NCBI GenBank assembly: GCA_964016885.1
Contig: OZ024740.1
Coordinates: 169,508,001 to 169,572,000, forward strand
Source: Eledone cirrhosa
Taxonomy: Eukaryota
Direction: 5' to 3'
Length of the DNA stretch: 64,000 nucleotides
This document shows, piece by piece, positions 13,507 to 25,798 of the stretch. The notes beneath the pieces were generated by a model. That model saw only the letters and a list, made by a program, of their open reading frames with translations. It was not told where the DNA came from and made no database searches. The position numbers and the translations under genes were made by a program. How positions within the stretch are numbered: the stretch's first letter is position 1; every line of letters starts with the position of its first letter.

Positions 13507-13707
13507 CAATGAAATATCTATGATCTTCGGCAAATCACTGATGAGGGACTTATTTTATTACATGTTACCATGTGCTACCTGCAGTATTTTTCTCTCTCTC
13601 TCTATATATATATATATATACATATATATGTGTGTGTGTGTGTAAATATATATGGATACATATATATAAATGTACGTGTGTTTGTGTGAGTGTGAGTGTA
13701 TGTGAAA

Positions 13708-13985
13708 ACGTATGGCTTACTGGTTAGCGAGTTTGTTTCATGATCACGAGATTGTGAGTTCGAACACCGGAGCGGGCAATACTTTGTGAGTTTGAGTAAG
13801 ACATTTTATTTAACGTTACTTCAGTTCACTCAGCTGCAGAAATGATTCACGGTGTCACTGTATCGGTCTTTTCCCTGGGACAACAACGGTGGAAGAGAGG
13901 TGAGGCTTGTATACATAGGGGACTGATGGTCTTTCAAAAACATTTTTCTGGGGTCTGCCACCGACGGGAATTTCTAGGTGCAAAA
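13708..13985 (+). mobile_element. Older tRNA-derived SINE, second family (related diverged copy at ~52418-52735)
   Basis: TGGCTTACTGGTTAGC...GAGTTCGAACACC A/B-box-like head, followed by CAGTTCACTCAGCTG core. Confidence 0.55.
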
Positions 13986-14245
13986 GTGACAGTCATCCGT
14001 GACTGAATGGTTACCTGGTGCCTCGGCTTTGGTAACAGTATTATTATATCTTGTTCCATTTGTCTTAGACTTGAAGAATTCTAACACCCCTGAAGGGTAT
14101 GGCGGGTGTTGAATTATTGGTAGTTCCAATAATGGGTCTTCCCCATATGAAACCATAGTAGGGATATATCTATATATTAACGAAGTTGGATGATAAAGTT
14201 TTCCGTCTATCTGGTTTATATTCCTGTAATTAGTGTTTGATTTTC

Positions 14246-14362
<117 letters not shown>

Positions 14363-14418
14363 TGTGTACATTGTTGATGATCATATTTTTACTTATAATG
14401 TTTCTTGTATCTTTACAG

Positions 14419-14538
14419 GGACAGGAGTTACCACAGCTTCAAGTACAACATCCTCCATTACTACAACTCCGAAACCTACAACTGAAGCAGCTACACATAG
14501 TACAGTAGGGACAGCCCAGAGTACGGCAACTGGCGAAG
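14419..14538 (+). CDS. Mucin-like repeat exon 3 (…TTASS…PTTEAATH…)
   Basis: Same AG/GT splice context, 120 nt, phase 1-1, open frame. Confidence 0.8.
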
Positions 14539-14671
14539 GTTGGTATCACAAATACTATAAACCTGGTATATGCTTATCTACACACTCAAATACACACTTA
14601 CACCAACACACACACACATATATATATATCAATATATATATACATAGTTATAGATATATAAATATATATAT

Positions 14672-14719
<48 letters not shown>

Positions 14720-14723
<4 letters not shown>

Positions 14724-15496
14724 GTAAGTATGCATGTATGTATACGTACATACATATATGCATACAGACGGACAGTAGTATGTATATATATATACAGACA
14801 TGCACACATATATCGGTTTACCGAACATTTATTATAATGCTCGGTTTGTTTGTTTGTAAACAAACAAACAGCCCGAATTACGCCGTACAGCGTTCAGGCA
14901 ACCACGTCACCTTTCTGTTCAACACTGACACAGGAACGATGCACCAGCTTCAAGCTTATTAGCTATCGTCAGCATCGTATACCTAATATGCATATTAACG
15001 GCTGAGCAGCCTAATTTGCATATCGAGTGAGTTCAGTCGGCCAAGCACACCGAAAACGATAAATGGAATAGAATGAAACGAAATTTCATTTCTCACTCTT
15101 AGAACGGCACTTACTTAAATGTAAGTATGCATGTATGTATACGTACATACATATATGTATACAGACGTACAGTAATATGCATAAGGAAAGTATATACTTT
15201 CAGACGTTCAACCATCTGGCAGGAAGGTATACGATGCTGACGATAGCTAATAAGCTTGAAGCCTGTGCATTGTTCCTGTGTCAGCGTTGAACAGAAAGGT
15301 GACGTTGTTGCCTGAACGCTGTACGGCGTAATTCGCGCTGTTTGTTTGTTTACAAACAAACAAACCGAGCATTATAATAAATGTTCGGTAAACCGATACG
15401 TGCATATATATATGTGTGCATGTATGTATATATATACATACTACTGTTCGTCTGTATACATATATGTATATACGTATACATACATTCATACTTACA

Positions 15497-15500
<4 letters not shown>
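14720..15500. mobile_element. Fold-back PLE-like element with degenerate HHRs; third family copy at ~21870-22245
   Basis: Inverted arms ~14720-14985 and ~15225-15500; CTGACGA-TAGCTAATAAGCTT-GAAG motifs. Confidence 0.65.
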
Positions 15501-15553
<53 letters not shown>

Positions 15554-16032
15554 GTGAGTATGCATGTATGAGTTTACAAAAGAATAACCACTTAGTTATA
15601 TTATAAAAAACAGTAAGGAAGTGTAAAGGAAGTTAGAAGTGATTTTTTAAGAACTCAGATGACTCTAAGGATTAAATGTTATAAAGTTAAAAAGTTAAAC
15701 ATTTTTTATCTTAAGAATATAATTAAAACATGAACCATATGTTATTTTATACGAAGTCATAAATTTACTTGCTATAAAGTTAAAACATTAACATTAAAAC
15801 ATTAAAAAATTTATCTTAAGAATATATTTAAAGCATAAACCATAGGTTATTCCACATATATATAAAAAACCTATATATAAAAATCTTATGTTTTTCCACA
15901 TATCTATATAAACATTTGGATATATATATTAAAACCGTTTGAAGTTATAAAAAATATAAAAATATTGGAAGGGATGAAAATAATGGTTTTTCCATATCTT
16001 TCAAACGAATGTTATATATATATATATATGTA

Positions 16033-16086
<54 letters not shown>

Positions 16087-16090
<4 letters not shown>

Positions 16091-16473
16091 AACACGTATG
16101 ACCCCCACGGCAGAGCTCAAGCAGTGTCGACGGCTAATCCAGAATTAGCCGTCGAAACGGCTTGAGCTCTGTCGTCGGGGTCATACATGTTCCTATTACC
16201 CACTCTACTACCCTAAGTATTGAGTACTTTGGTGCGTTATGGGCAGAATTAGCCGTCGAAACGGCTTGAGCTCTGCCGTCGGGGTCATACTTGTTCCTAT
16301 TACCCACTCTACTACCCTAAGTATTGAGTACTTTGGTGCGTTATGGTCCATCTGGTTCCTTACCACATTTCCTTCGTTATATATATATATATAACAAAGG
16401 AATTTCGACGGCTGTTTGAGTCCAGAAATAGCCGTCGAAACGGCTTGAGCTCTGCCGTCGGGGTCATACTTTT

Positions 16474-16480
<7 letters not shown>
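16087..16480. repeat. Palindrome plus tandem copies of a GCCGTCGAAACGGCTTGAGCTC unit; related fold-back at ~29885-30080
   Basis: Inverted arms centred near 16140, with direct copies at ~16245 and ~16428. Confidence 0.65.
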
Positions 16481-16509
<29 letters not shown>

Positions 16510-16618
16510 AAACTTCTGAATCGCGTAATTTTACAGCTGACGTAGGATTCTTTCTTCTTTTCTCCTCTTGTTCCGTCCTAAACCTTGTTTTTAGTAACCA
16601 CACAGCTCCTTTCGTTTC

Positions 16619-16651
<33 letters not shown>

Positions 16652-16958
16652 CATAACCAATAATGAGATTAACATAATACTCGTGGCTAGGCAGACTATC
16701 ATTGAATTCAACGGAGCACTCTGGACTAGAAAAGATAGAACAGACAACTTTGACATTACGATGGGCTCAAGTGACTCCGCGCAAATCATCGATTTAGTTG
16801 GGATTTACCTATTACGTAACATCAGAGCCGAAATCCAACCCATGCAAGGCGGAATATACAGGGACGGCGCCCTATTTGCGATCCACAATTGCACTAATCG
16901 GGGAATCGATTTGCTAAAGAAACAATTTCATAGATTCTTTAAAAATAACGGTCTCTCT
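16652..16958 (+). mobile_element. Penelope-like RT fragment
   Basis: FDITMGSSDSAQIIDLVG and GGIYRDG (degenerate YRDD); near-identical to 22348-22545. Confidence 0.75.
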
Positions 16959-19462
16959 TCGAGGACGCGAGAGAACAAGTCCGGCATGCCTATGTAAAAT
17001 TAGTAGGGTAGACCATCTAGACCGGGTGACTTGCGTTTCCCGCAGCGGCCCAGAGCGTCCCGTATCTCAGTGTCCGTGATCGCTCTTTCGCAGAACTCGG
17101 CGTCCGTGTTCGAGAGACGCGGCAGGCCGTCGATGTATGAACTAAAGTCCATTGCCCCGTTCGGCTCACCGTCGTTCTGGTCTAGCTGTCGCGCAAAGTG
17201 CCGCTGAAAGGCCGCGCACATTTGCTTGGGGTCAAGTAGCACGCGTCCGTTTTGGTCTTTCAAAGACCGAATCGTGGACTTGTTGCCACTTTTTGCCTCC
17301 GCCACTCGGGCCCAGCTGACAGCTTTTGCTCCTTCGTTTCCTAGAGCACGTGTTTTGCTTCTGACCACGCAACCTTCGTGTTTCGCATCGAAGAACTGGT
17401 CCAGTGCCGTTCTCGACGCAAACACTCTAGCCGCGTTGCCACTTCTAAGTGCCTCCTCTACCTTGGCTACTAGTTCTCTTTCTATTCTGTTTTTCTCTAA
17501 AGCTAACTCTCTGCTATACCCTATCGATTCTATTCTAATTGCATTCTTGAGAGAGTACCACCATCTATTGTTGACGATGGCTTCTGTTAACTGTTGCTTG
17601 ACTAGTCTACTTATCCGTTCACTGAAAGCTTTACGTGCCGGCAACGACACGTTCAGCTTCCAGTATCCGGGACCCTGTCTATGTATTCTATCACGGTTGA
17701 CTAAGCAGACGACTAACTTGTGATCTGAATAGGCAACCATGTGCATTCGTGGACAGCTTAACATCTCCTTGTCCCTTTCTCTAATGAAGAACGTATCTAA
17801 ATACGATCTAGATGTCCCACTCCGGTTTGCCCACGTCCACTGTGGTGCAGTCGGGAAATCCAGTCGATACCTATCGGCCAGTTGGAATTAGCCGATTAAA
17901 GTTTTGAGGCTGTTGCACCCCGCTCTACTGGGACATGCTCCCACATAGTCCCATCGTGCATCTAGGATACCATTCCAGTCCCCCACTAAGAGTAACGAGC
18001 GAGACGTTCCCAGAAAAGACTCTAGATGCTTAAAGAAGTCTGGCCGTGATTGCGATTGCCCGGTCGGGGCATAAACGGCCACCAGTCTGAAGGCTCCACA
18101 TCCGATACTGTTCACGTCTAGGACTACCAGTCTACCCTCCGGGTCCAAGTGTACTTGCTGTATTCCAACGTCCAGGTTCTTCCGAAACATGACAGCTACT
18201 CCACCTCCACCTCCTGGCTGACAGAGAGATGCGTAGATCTCAAATTCGTCGAAGATGGGGGTTAGTTGCTGCCTGTTGTGGATTCTGGACTCGGTGATGG
18301 CTATCACATCCATACTGTGTGACCTAAGGTCGTTTAAAAGTTGGCCCTGTTTCCAGGGCATCCCTAGGCCACGCACATTCACGGTTCCAACTCGTAAACT
18401 AGCCATGTTGGTGAAGAAAAGTTGGAGAAAAAGAACGAAAGGTGCACTGACCTTTTCGTTTCCTGGAGATCGGGTTGTTCAATCTCCATTTGGGTGCTGG
18501 ATGGGGTGTTGGGTGGGGTGGGGAAACATTTTAACAGGACGCGGTCGATGGGTTTGTGGTAGGGGTTGCCCACGTCCTGTGAACATTTATTTTTTTAGGT
18601 CATTATAGGTTTCCATAGAAACCCTTATAAGTTTAAGGTGTGGAGACGATTCTGCCTTGACGAAAGTTTTGTCCTCCGTCTCCACCTTGGGGTTTTGGGA
18701 GATGACCTCCATCAAACTCTTGTTGTTTGTGTTGATGTATGCGTATTGTTGTTTGTGTTTTCGTTGTGTTGTTTTAGTTTGTTGTTCGTCCGGGAGTTTT
18801 TTTTTTATGGAGGGTGCTTGTGTTTGGGGTGGTGTTGGTGCTGGTTTTGCTGATAGGGGGATGTTTGACTGTGGTGTTGTTTGTGTTGTTGTTTGTGTCT
18901 GTGGTTGTGTGTTGGTGTTGGTGATTTGAGTTTTGGGGGTTTTGTGGTGTCTCTTTTTTTGCTTTTTAGATTTCCGCGGTTCTCCCTCTTCTTCACTTAA
19001 AGAAGGAGAAGCAGCTTCATCTGTCGATGAATAATCATCGTCAGGTGTTTGGGGTAAGGGTATGTTGTATGGTGGTGGTGTTTCGGTGTGTGTGTTTGTG
19101 GTAGTGTTTGATGGAGTGGGATAGAGTGGAGCTGTGTTGGTGTTGGTAATAGCGTTTTTTTATGATGTTGTTGTTGTGTGTTTGTGGACAAGAGGCTTTT
19201 AGGTGTGCTGTGCTCCCACAGCGAAAGCAATGAAATTTTCGTCCTTCTACCGGAATGTTTATTTTGTTGTTATTATCGATAACGACTCTTTCGGGTATTT
19301 TGGAGATTCTCTCCGGTTTCATTTGCAACAGAATCTCCAAATCTCTGCCCGTCCACCTTTGTCGAATAGACTTTCGTATCGAAAGTATCATATCAGTTTC
19401 TGGCTCTACGAAGCCAGCCAAGATCCACCAGATGTTAATGTTTGGAGGTATGTTTTTTATTT

Positions 19463-19465
<3 letters not shown>
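16959..19465 (-). mobile_element. Tx1/L1-clade LINE fragment (ORF1 zinc knuckle, AP endonuclease, start of RT)
   Basis: CFRCGSTAHLKASC; TVNVRGL, ITESR, AVYAP, GDWN, SDHK, GYWKLN, KSPGLDGLPY; homologous to the 53-59 kb element. Confidence 0.85.
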
Positions 19466-19496
<31 letters not shown>

Positions 19497-19668
19497 TATA
19501 CGCCCACACACACAAAAATATGGCCGATGCCTCCATAGACCTTTTCAGCCCACATACCACAACAAAGGTATATCTTTTGTCACATTACCAGACTGACGAG
19601 CAGATCGATACTGAAGTCGGTCGGTAACTCCTATGGATCACCTTTATCCCGTTTGTAATTACTTGAAT

Positions 19669-19850
19669 AAATAATTGTTTCTACTTTAGGCACAAGGCCA
19701 GCAATAACCCAGTACATTACTGGTACTTTATTTTATCGACCACGTAAGGATGAAATGCAAAGTTAACCTCGGCGGGATTTGAACTCAGATCGTAAAGGGA
19801 CGTAACTATGCTGGAAAGCATGTCCGACCCTCTACCGATACTGCCAATTC
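19669..19850 (-). mobile_element. tRNA-derived SINE copy
   Basis: Same family as 2088-2270. Confidence 0.8.
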
Positions 19851-20904
19851 ACCAATGAATGAATATTACATAATTTATCTACTAAATTTTGTAACACATG
19901 ATTAATCATATATTAAAAATATTATTGCATAGTTCAAGATTCACTTCTTTTAAAAGATTCAAATTTCAATACTTCCGGTATATCTATACGACTTCTTTTA
20001 TACCATAAACGTGGTTTTGTCTTTGCGTGTAATTGTTTTTCACCGCTCCAAATAAATACATCTGTAAAGGATAGGCGCTACAAAGAAAGCTTTAAGCGAT
20101 ACTCTGACCAACTCCAAGGAACTTCAAACATCACTGGTGACAACTCGCTATATTATACTAAAAGAAGAGAAATAAATAAAGAAATATATAGAAATATATA
20201 TTTTTGTAAATATGACAATAGAACCGTGTGGAAATGGAAGCACCAATTGAAACATAAGTTTTAAATCTCCGAAGCCGTTTATGAAAGTATTGAAGAAGAC
20301 AAAAAAACACACTTCGATCTTCCGACGTGGAAGAGGCTCCTATCAGAAGAAACCGTCACCGAATCATCATTTTTCTAACCTGTTGTACAAACGTGGCTGG
20401 ACACAGAACACTGCACACACATTCTAATAGTTCTATAGAGTTATGAAATAATACATATGAATAAGCCATAGATGACGAACATCATTAAGTAATGTCAGTT
20501 TCATGAGGGGATAAAACGCCTCCATCCTTTTGAAGGAAAAAAAAAAAAAATGAGTATAAATCCGGTATTGGAAAAAAAAAAAAAAAAAATATCACAAGGG
20601 ATTGACACGATTTTCCTTTTACTTTGCTCCACTTTTCAAATTAAATGACACGACGGTTCAGTTATATTCAAATATTGTAAGCGCGTCCATTGAGAATATC
20701 GTCTTTGACAAACTGCTCAGTTGCTCGCATGTGTGCGTGCTGAATTCTGATGCTTTCCGCTGAGAACAACCCCTTGTTCCCCCCTCCTTTTTTTTTCGTG
20801 TACATCCATGCATTCACTCATTAATTTACTGCCATTCTACCTTCCCGTGTCTCCCCTCCATGCAGCCCATTTTCGGTCTCGTTTTCTGGCACCTCCATAT
20901 ATAT

Positions 20905-21624
20905 AGGTGAGCTATGCTGCCCTCTTACCAGCACTTTCCCTTCCAACCACACACACCAGCCACCCATCCCTGATGCCGCTCGGTGCCCCAGTCCCCCCCC
21001 CAACGCACTTGGGATGCCATCCAGTGCAGCCTGGCCTCAGACAGGCTCACGCGCCAGCTCGACCAGCACCGCCTTGCTTGTTTTTGTGCGGCCTCCAAAC
21101 CTCACAGTGGTGCCTGGCTCCATGCTCTGCCCTCCTCCACTGGCACGCAGCCAGACAACTATAGCCTGCGAATCGGCGTTTCCCTGAGGCTCGGCCTCCG
21201 GATCTGCCAGCCACACCAATGTCGCTGCGGTTCCACAGTGGACTCTTTCGGCCTCCACCCGCTTTCCTGTCGCCACAGTGCCGGCCGAATTTCGCGCCAT
21301 ACTGCCCTCAACGAGGTCATTAAGCATGGCTTGGACGCTGCAGGCTTCCCTTCCCAGCTCGAGCCGGTGGGGCTGGATCGAGGGGACGGCAAAAGGCCAG
21401 ATGGCATGACCATCTTCCCGTTCCGCGGTGGCAAACCCCTCGTCTGGGATGCCACTTGCACCAACACTTTCTGCAGCCGCAACCTGGTGCAGTCTGCGAC
21501 TGATCCAGGTTCTGCGGCACGTCGGGCTGAGGCAGCCAAACTCCTCAAATACCGGGCGCTCTCATACAAATTAAATGTAAATAAATTGTAGTGTAGTAGT
21601 AATAGTAAAAAAAAAAAAAAAAAA
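20905..21624 (+). mobile_element. 3' fragment of an RLE-type (CRE-like) non-LTR retrotransposon with poly(A)
   Basis: GAWLHALP, LRLGL, zinc finger CRCG...HPLSC, RH, KRPDG, WDATC; A-tract at 21607-21624. Confidence 0.75.
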
Positions 21625-21810
21625 GATAATGACGTACTATATATATATAGAGAGAGAAAGAGAGAGTGAAAGAGAAAGATGAAGCGATTTGGATTTTTTA
21701 AAACACGCTGAAGTGTGTGCGTGTATGTTGTTCTTTGATTTTATAAAATTGCCCAGAGCGAGAAAAAGAGATTGTCTGTGTGAGTATATAGAGAGAGGAG
21801 TGACTGTGAC

Positions 21811-21873
<63 letters not shown>

Positions 21874-22075
21874 TATGTACACATTCATACATATATGTAT
21901 ACAGACGTACAGTAGTATTTATATATATATACATACATGCACACATGTATATATGTACGTATGGATTCACCGAACATTTATTATAATGCTCGGTGTGTTT
22001 GTAAACAAACATCCCGTATGAAGACGTAGTGTCTAGCAACCATCGGTGCTCGTTTGTTCAACACTGACAAAGGAA

Positions 22076-22116
22076 CGCTGTACTAGTTTCAAGCTTATTA
22101 GCTATCGTCAGCAACG
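22076..22116 (-). ncRNA. Minimal type-I hammerhead ribozyme
   Basis: Minus strand: CGTTG-CTGACGA-TAGC(taataa)GCTT-GAAA-CTAG-TA-CAGCG; GUA cleavage triplet. Confidence 0.7.
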
Positions 22117-22245
22117 TATACCTTCCTGCCAAATTGTTGAACGTATATACTTACCTTATGCATATTAACGGCTGAGTAGCCTAATTTGCATATCGAGTGG
22201 GTTAATCGGCCCGGTGCACTGAAAACGATAAACGGAAAAAATGAA

Positions 22246-23280
22246 AGCAATCTATGAGGTTCATCCAATTTGATATAGACAGCTATTACGCGTCAATAAC
22301 CCCGGAACTGCTCAACAAAGCACTAACCATAGCCACCACCAACTCGGACATAACCAATAATGAGATTAACATCATACTCATGGCTAGGCAGACTATCATT
22401 GAATTCAACGGAGCACTCTGGACTAGAAAAGATAGAACAGACAACTTTAACATTACGATGGGCTCAAGTGACTCCGCGCAAATCATCGATTTAGTTGGGA
22501 TTTACCTATTACGTAACATCAGAGCCGAAATCCAACCCATGCAAGCTAGGCTCATTAAAAACCTTATATTAAACAAAGTTCAACACTCACTAAAATGGGA
22601 TATCGTAGCTAGGGCCCAACCGTTTAATGGACGAAGGAAATCTTGTGATCTCTGTGTTACGGACGCATATTACATAACTCTATCACGACCTCTACCAATT
22701 AACGATAGAACGGAGGTAACCATTAGCTGTCAACTTCGAAGGGATAATCTCTTCGCCAATAGAGATTTTGCCCCAAATTAGTCATGTAGTCTTGCTATGA
22801 ACAACTCGTTAATTATAAGTTACCTCCCCTACATTGTCTCTCAATTAAATAATTAAATACTAGCACATAACTATAAAATACACACAATTTCTAATCTCTC
22901 GAGAAGTTACTTCCCCTGAAACCATCCTCTAATCAGTAAGGTAAATATGCCCTTTGGCAGCCATCTTGTTACCCATAGGCAGATCTCACACAATGCAGCC
23001 TCGACAGATGAATACTGCTTGATTATGGCTGACAGCTGATGCAACCAAGGCACCATAGTAAAAACCAATATATGGAACATTATATTATGTAACATTATTT
23101 TAATTTATATTCCTTTGAGTTCCGATGAGCCACTCTGTTTTTTTAAATATGGTAATTATTTTCAACTGAACCAGATCAATTATGATATATATTCATCTGA
23201 TCCAGAAATATTATATGGAGTAGCGAAACAATTGTAAACGGACATTATTATTATTAATATTATTATTATTATTATTATTC
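22246..23280 (+). mobile_element. Internally deleted Penelope-like element (RT fused to the GIY-YIG C-terminus, then a 3' region with an HHR)
   Basis: FIQFDIDSYYASITPELL, ITMGSSDSAQ, then LKWDIVARAQPFNGRRKSCDLC; HHR-like motif at 23119-23239. Confidence 0.75.
23119..23239 (+). ncRNA. Hammerhead-like motif with long stem II (core U4 mutated to C)
   Basis: GTT-CCGATGA-GCCACTC...GAGTAGC-GAAA-CAATTG-TA-AAC. Confidence 0.55.
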
Positions 23281-23372
23281 TCTACATTCCTTACATCAAA
23301 CTAAAATATGTTGACAATCTTTTAATAATGTCTTCCTTGTGAAATTTGTGCTCTTGTTTTGCTTAACTAATG

Positions 23373-23441
<69 letters not shown>

Positions 23442-23710
23442 CATAAAACATGTCTATAGAATCACAAGATAAAATATATATTATTTCCTCTCCCAATTAG
23501 CATAATTAACTATATAAAAAATCGAATAGACCAGGCTATACGAATGAGGCTTCTATGAAGGAATCTCCGACAAATAACCGAAACTAGCGCTTCGCGTCGG
23601 CCGTAGCGGAATATTTATCGAATATTTCGACAGTGTAATCGCCTAGATATAGTCAACTAAACAGAATTAGGTTTAAAATAAACTAGGATAAAATAGGATA
23701 CATTTAAATA

Positions 23711-23796
23711 CCTCTACCATGGTTTCGTCCGTGTTTTGAGTTTTCCAATAATTATGTAATAATTATATAAACTCGAGCGCCGGATTCTTCAGGAAA
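23711..23796 (-). ncRNA. Type-I hammerhead ribozyme with extended stem II
   Basis: Minus strand: TTTC-CTGAAGA-ATCCG...CGGAC-GAAA-CCATGG-TA-GAGG. Confidence 0.6.
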
Positions 23797-24104
23797 CTCG
23801 CTCATATCTAGACATTAAATTTTCCAAAGCGATCGCGCCAAGAATTCATTTCAAAATGGCTAAAAATCGTGACGTAGTCGCAGTCAAGTTGGAAGGGGTG
23901 TGGTGGTTGCTTACGACTGGTGGCATTTTTGCTAGAAAGCACAGCACAATATAGCCAAATTTGTATCTCAACCTAGTGGGAGATTATTACATATAAAAAT
24001 TTACATATATATATACATACACATACATATACGTGTTTTGCAACTGGTCACTTTGTGGCTCAATGAAAAATTAAAAATTAAACAATCAGAGCTATATATC
24101 ATAA

Positions 24105-24156
<52 letters not shown>

Positions 24157-24158
<2 letters not shown>

Positions 24159-25643
24159 CACACTCCCCCCTGCCTGAACTCCCCACCCTTATTCCTTTAG
24201 CGTTCGACCGCCCCCCTCCCCCACACTTATCCCCCACTAACACCACTAACACACCCCTCCTTTTTACCGCCCACCCCACACTAACAATACTAACACCTCC
24301 ACTCCACCCCTCATCTGTCCACCCTTCCCCAACTAACATACTAACATCCCTTCCCTCCCCTCTTCTCCTCCTCCCCCTCCTTATCACACGCACACACGCA
24401 CCCACTTACACCACCCACCCCACACGCAACTAACATCACTAACACCCTCCAACCCCACGCACACGTACCCACACACCCTCGTACACCACCAACTCTACAC
24501 ACCCTACCCCCACTAACCCCCACTCACACCTGCATTCCACCCCTCCCCACCTCCCGTATACTAACACCCACTAACACCTCTTCACCAAACTACACACACA
24601 CCAGTACACCACACTCCCTCCATAGAACCACACACACCCTTCTCTCCCCGCTCTACACTCACTCATCCCACTAACACCCCTACTAATACACACACACACA
24701 CATACACACACCCTCCTCACTCCAACTCTCACACCTACCCATCCTCGCCTCCCTACCATTCCGCCGACCGCTGCTATGCCCTTTCGACCACCTCTCAGCA
24801 CCAACTGACCACAGCACTCCCACTGCTGACCACTTCCTGTTGCGCGCGCACCCCACATCTCTCCTCTTCCGACCACCGCTTCTTGGATTACCCACACGCG
24901 AAATTGACTTCTAACCAAAATCTCAAAACATCCGTGGAACTTACCAACTTTTCAACCATCCTCTTACACCATCACCTATATAACTCACCCACACACACAC
25001 CCCAACAACAAATTTTTTTTATCCACACGCCACCCACACCCACAACACGCTTAAACCACACACACGTGCTTCCCACCACATATTTACACCCTCAGCCTCC
25101 TGATTCCTCTCCCCCACCACCCCCTATCCACACACGCACAGACATGAACATGCAACCCCGTTCTTCCCCCAACCCCCACTTTCACATACACACACACACA
25201 CACACACGCACACCTAACCACACACACCACCTTCAGCCCTCCCCGCTCGGACACCCCGTCTCCCTCTCCCCACTCCACCCGCCACCACCCCTACTCACCC
25301 CACACCCTTCCACCACCTGTTTACCCCCCTTTTAATTTCAGTTTATTTTGATCATGCCTTTATTTTTAAATTTTCTCATTCCTTGTATTTTGATCATGCT
25401 TTATTTTTATTTATTATATTTTTTGTCTTTATTTGTTAATTTTTCATTCGCACCGTTTCCTTTCGCTATATGTCTCTCCACCACTCCCCTACACACCTTT
25501 TGAACTCTGTTCCCACACACTTCTCACCTGAAGAAGGGCTTATGCCCGAAACGTCGTCCCCCACCTACCCCCCACTCTCCTGAGCGTGAATTTAATAAAC
25601 ATTTATCGTACTGCCTCTCTGTTCTGTCCCTGTTCAATTTTTC

Positions 25644-25645
<2 letters not shown>
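24157..25645 (+). mobile_element. C-rich decayed PLE-like segment ending in an HHR-containing region
   Basis: Strong C/A skew; flanked by (TA)n; HHR at 25526-25557 followed by AATAAA. Confidence 0.45.
25526..25557 (+). ncRNA. Minimal PLE-type hammerhead ribozyme
   Basis: AC-CTGAAGA-AGGGC(ttat)GCCC-GAAA-CG-TC-GT; GUC triplet; stem I is very short. Confidence 0.6.
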
Positions 25646-25718
<73 letters not shown>

Positions 25719-25798
25719 TTTCTTTTTTGTTTTCACATATAATTATTTCTAAGATTTTACGGTAGAGATAACATATATTTATACATACACGACAGAAA

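Noticed and set aside
13974-14156. 60-aa minus-strand ORF as a host exon
   Set aside because: No recognisable domain or convincing splice context; overlaps a SINE end
19588-19632. HHR candidates at ~19595, ~29607, ~44560 and ~49221
   Set aside because: CUGANGA box present but the GAAA box or stem I/III is missing or weak; at best degenerate
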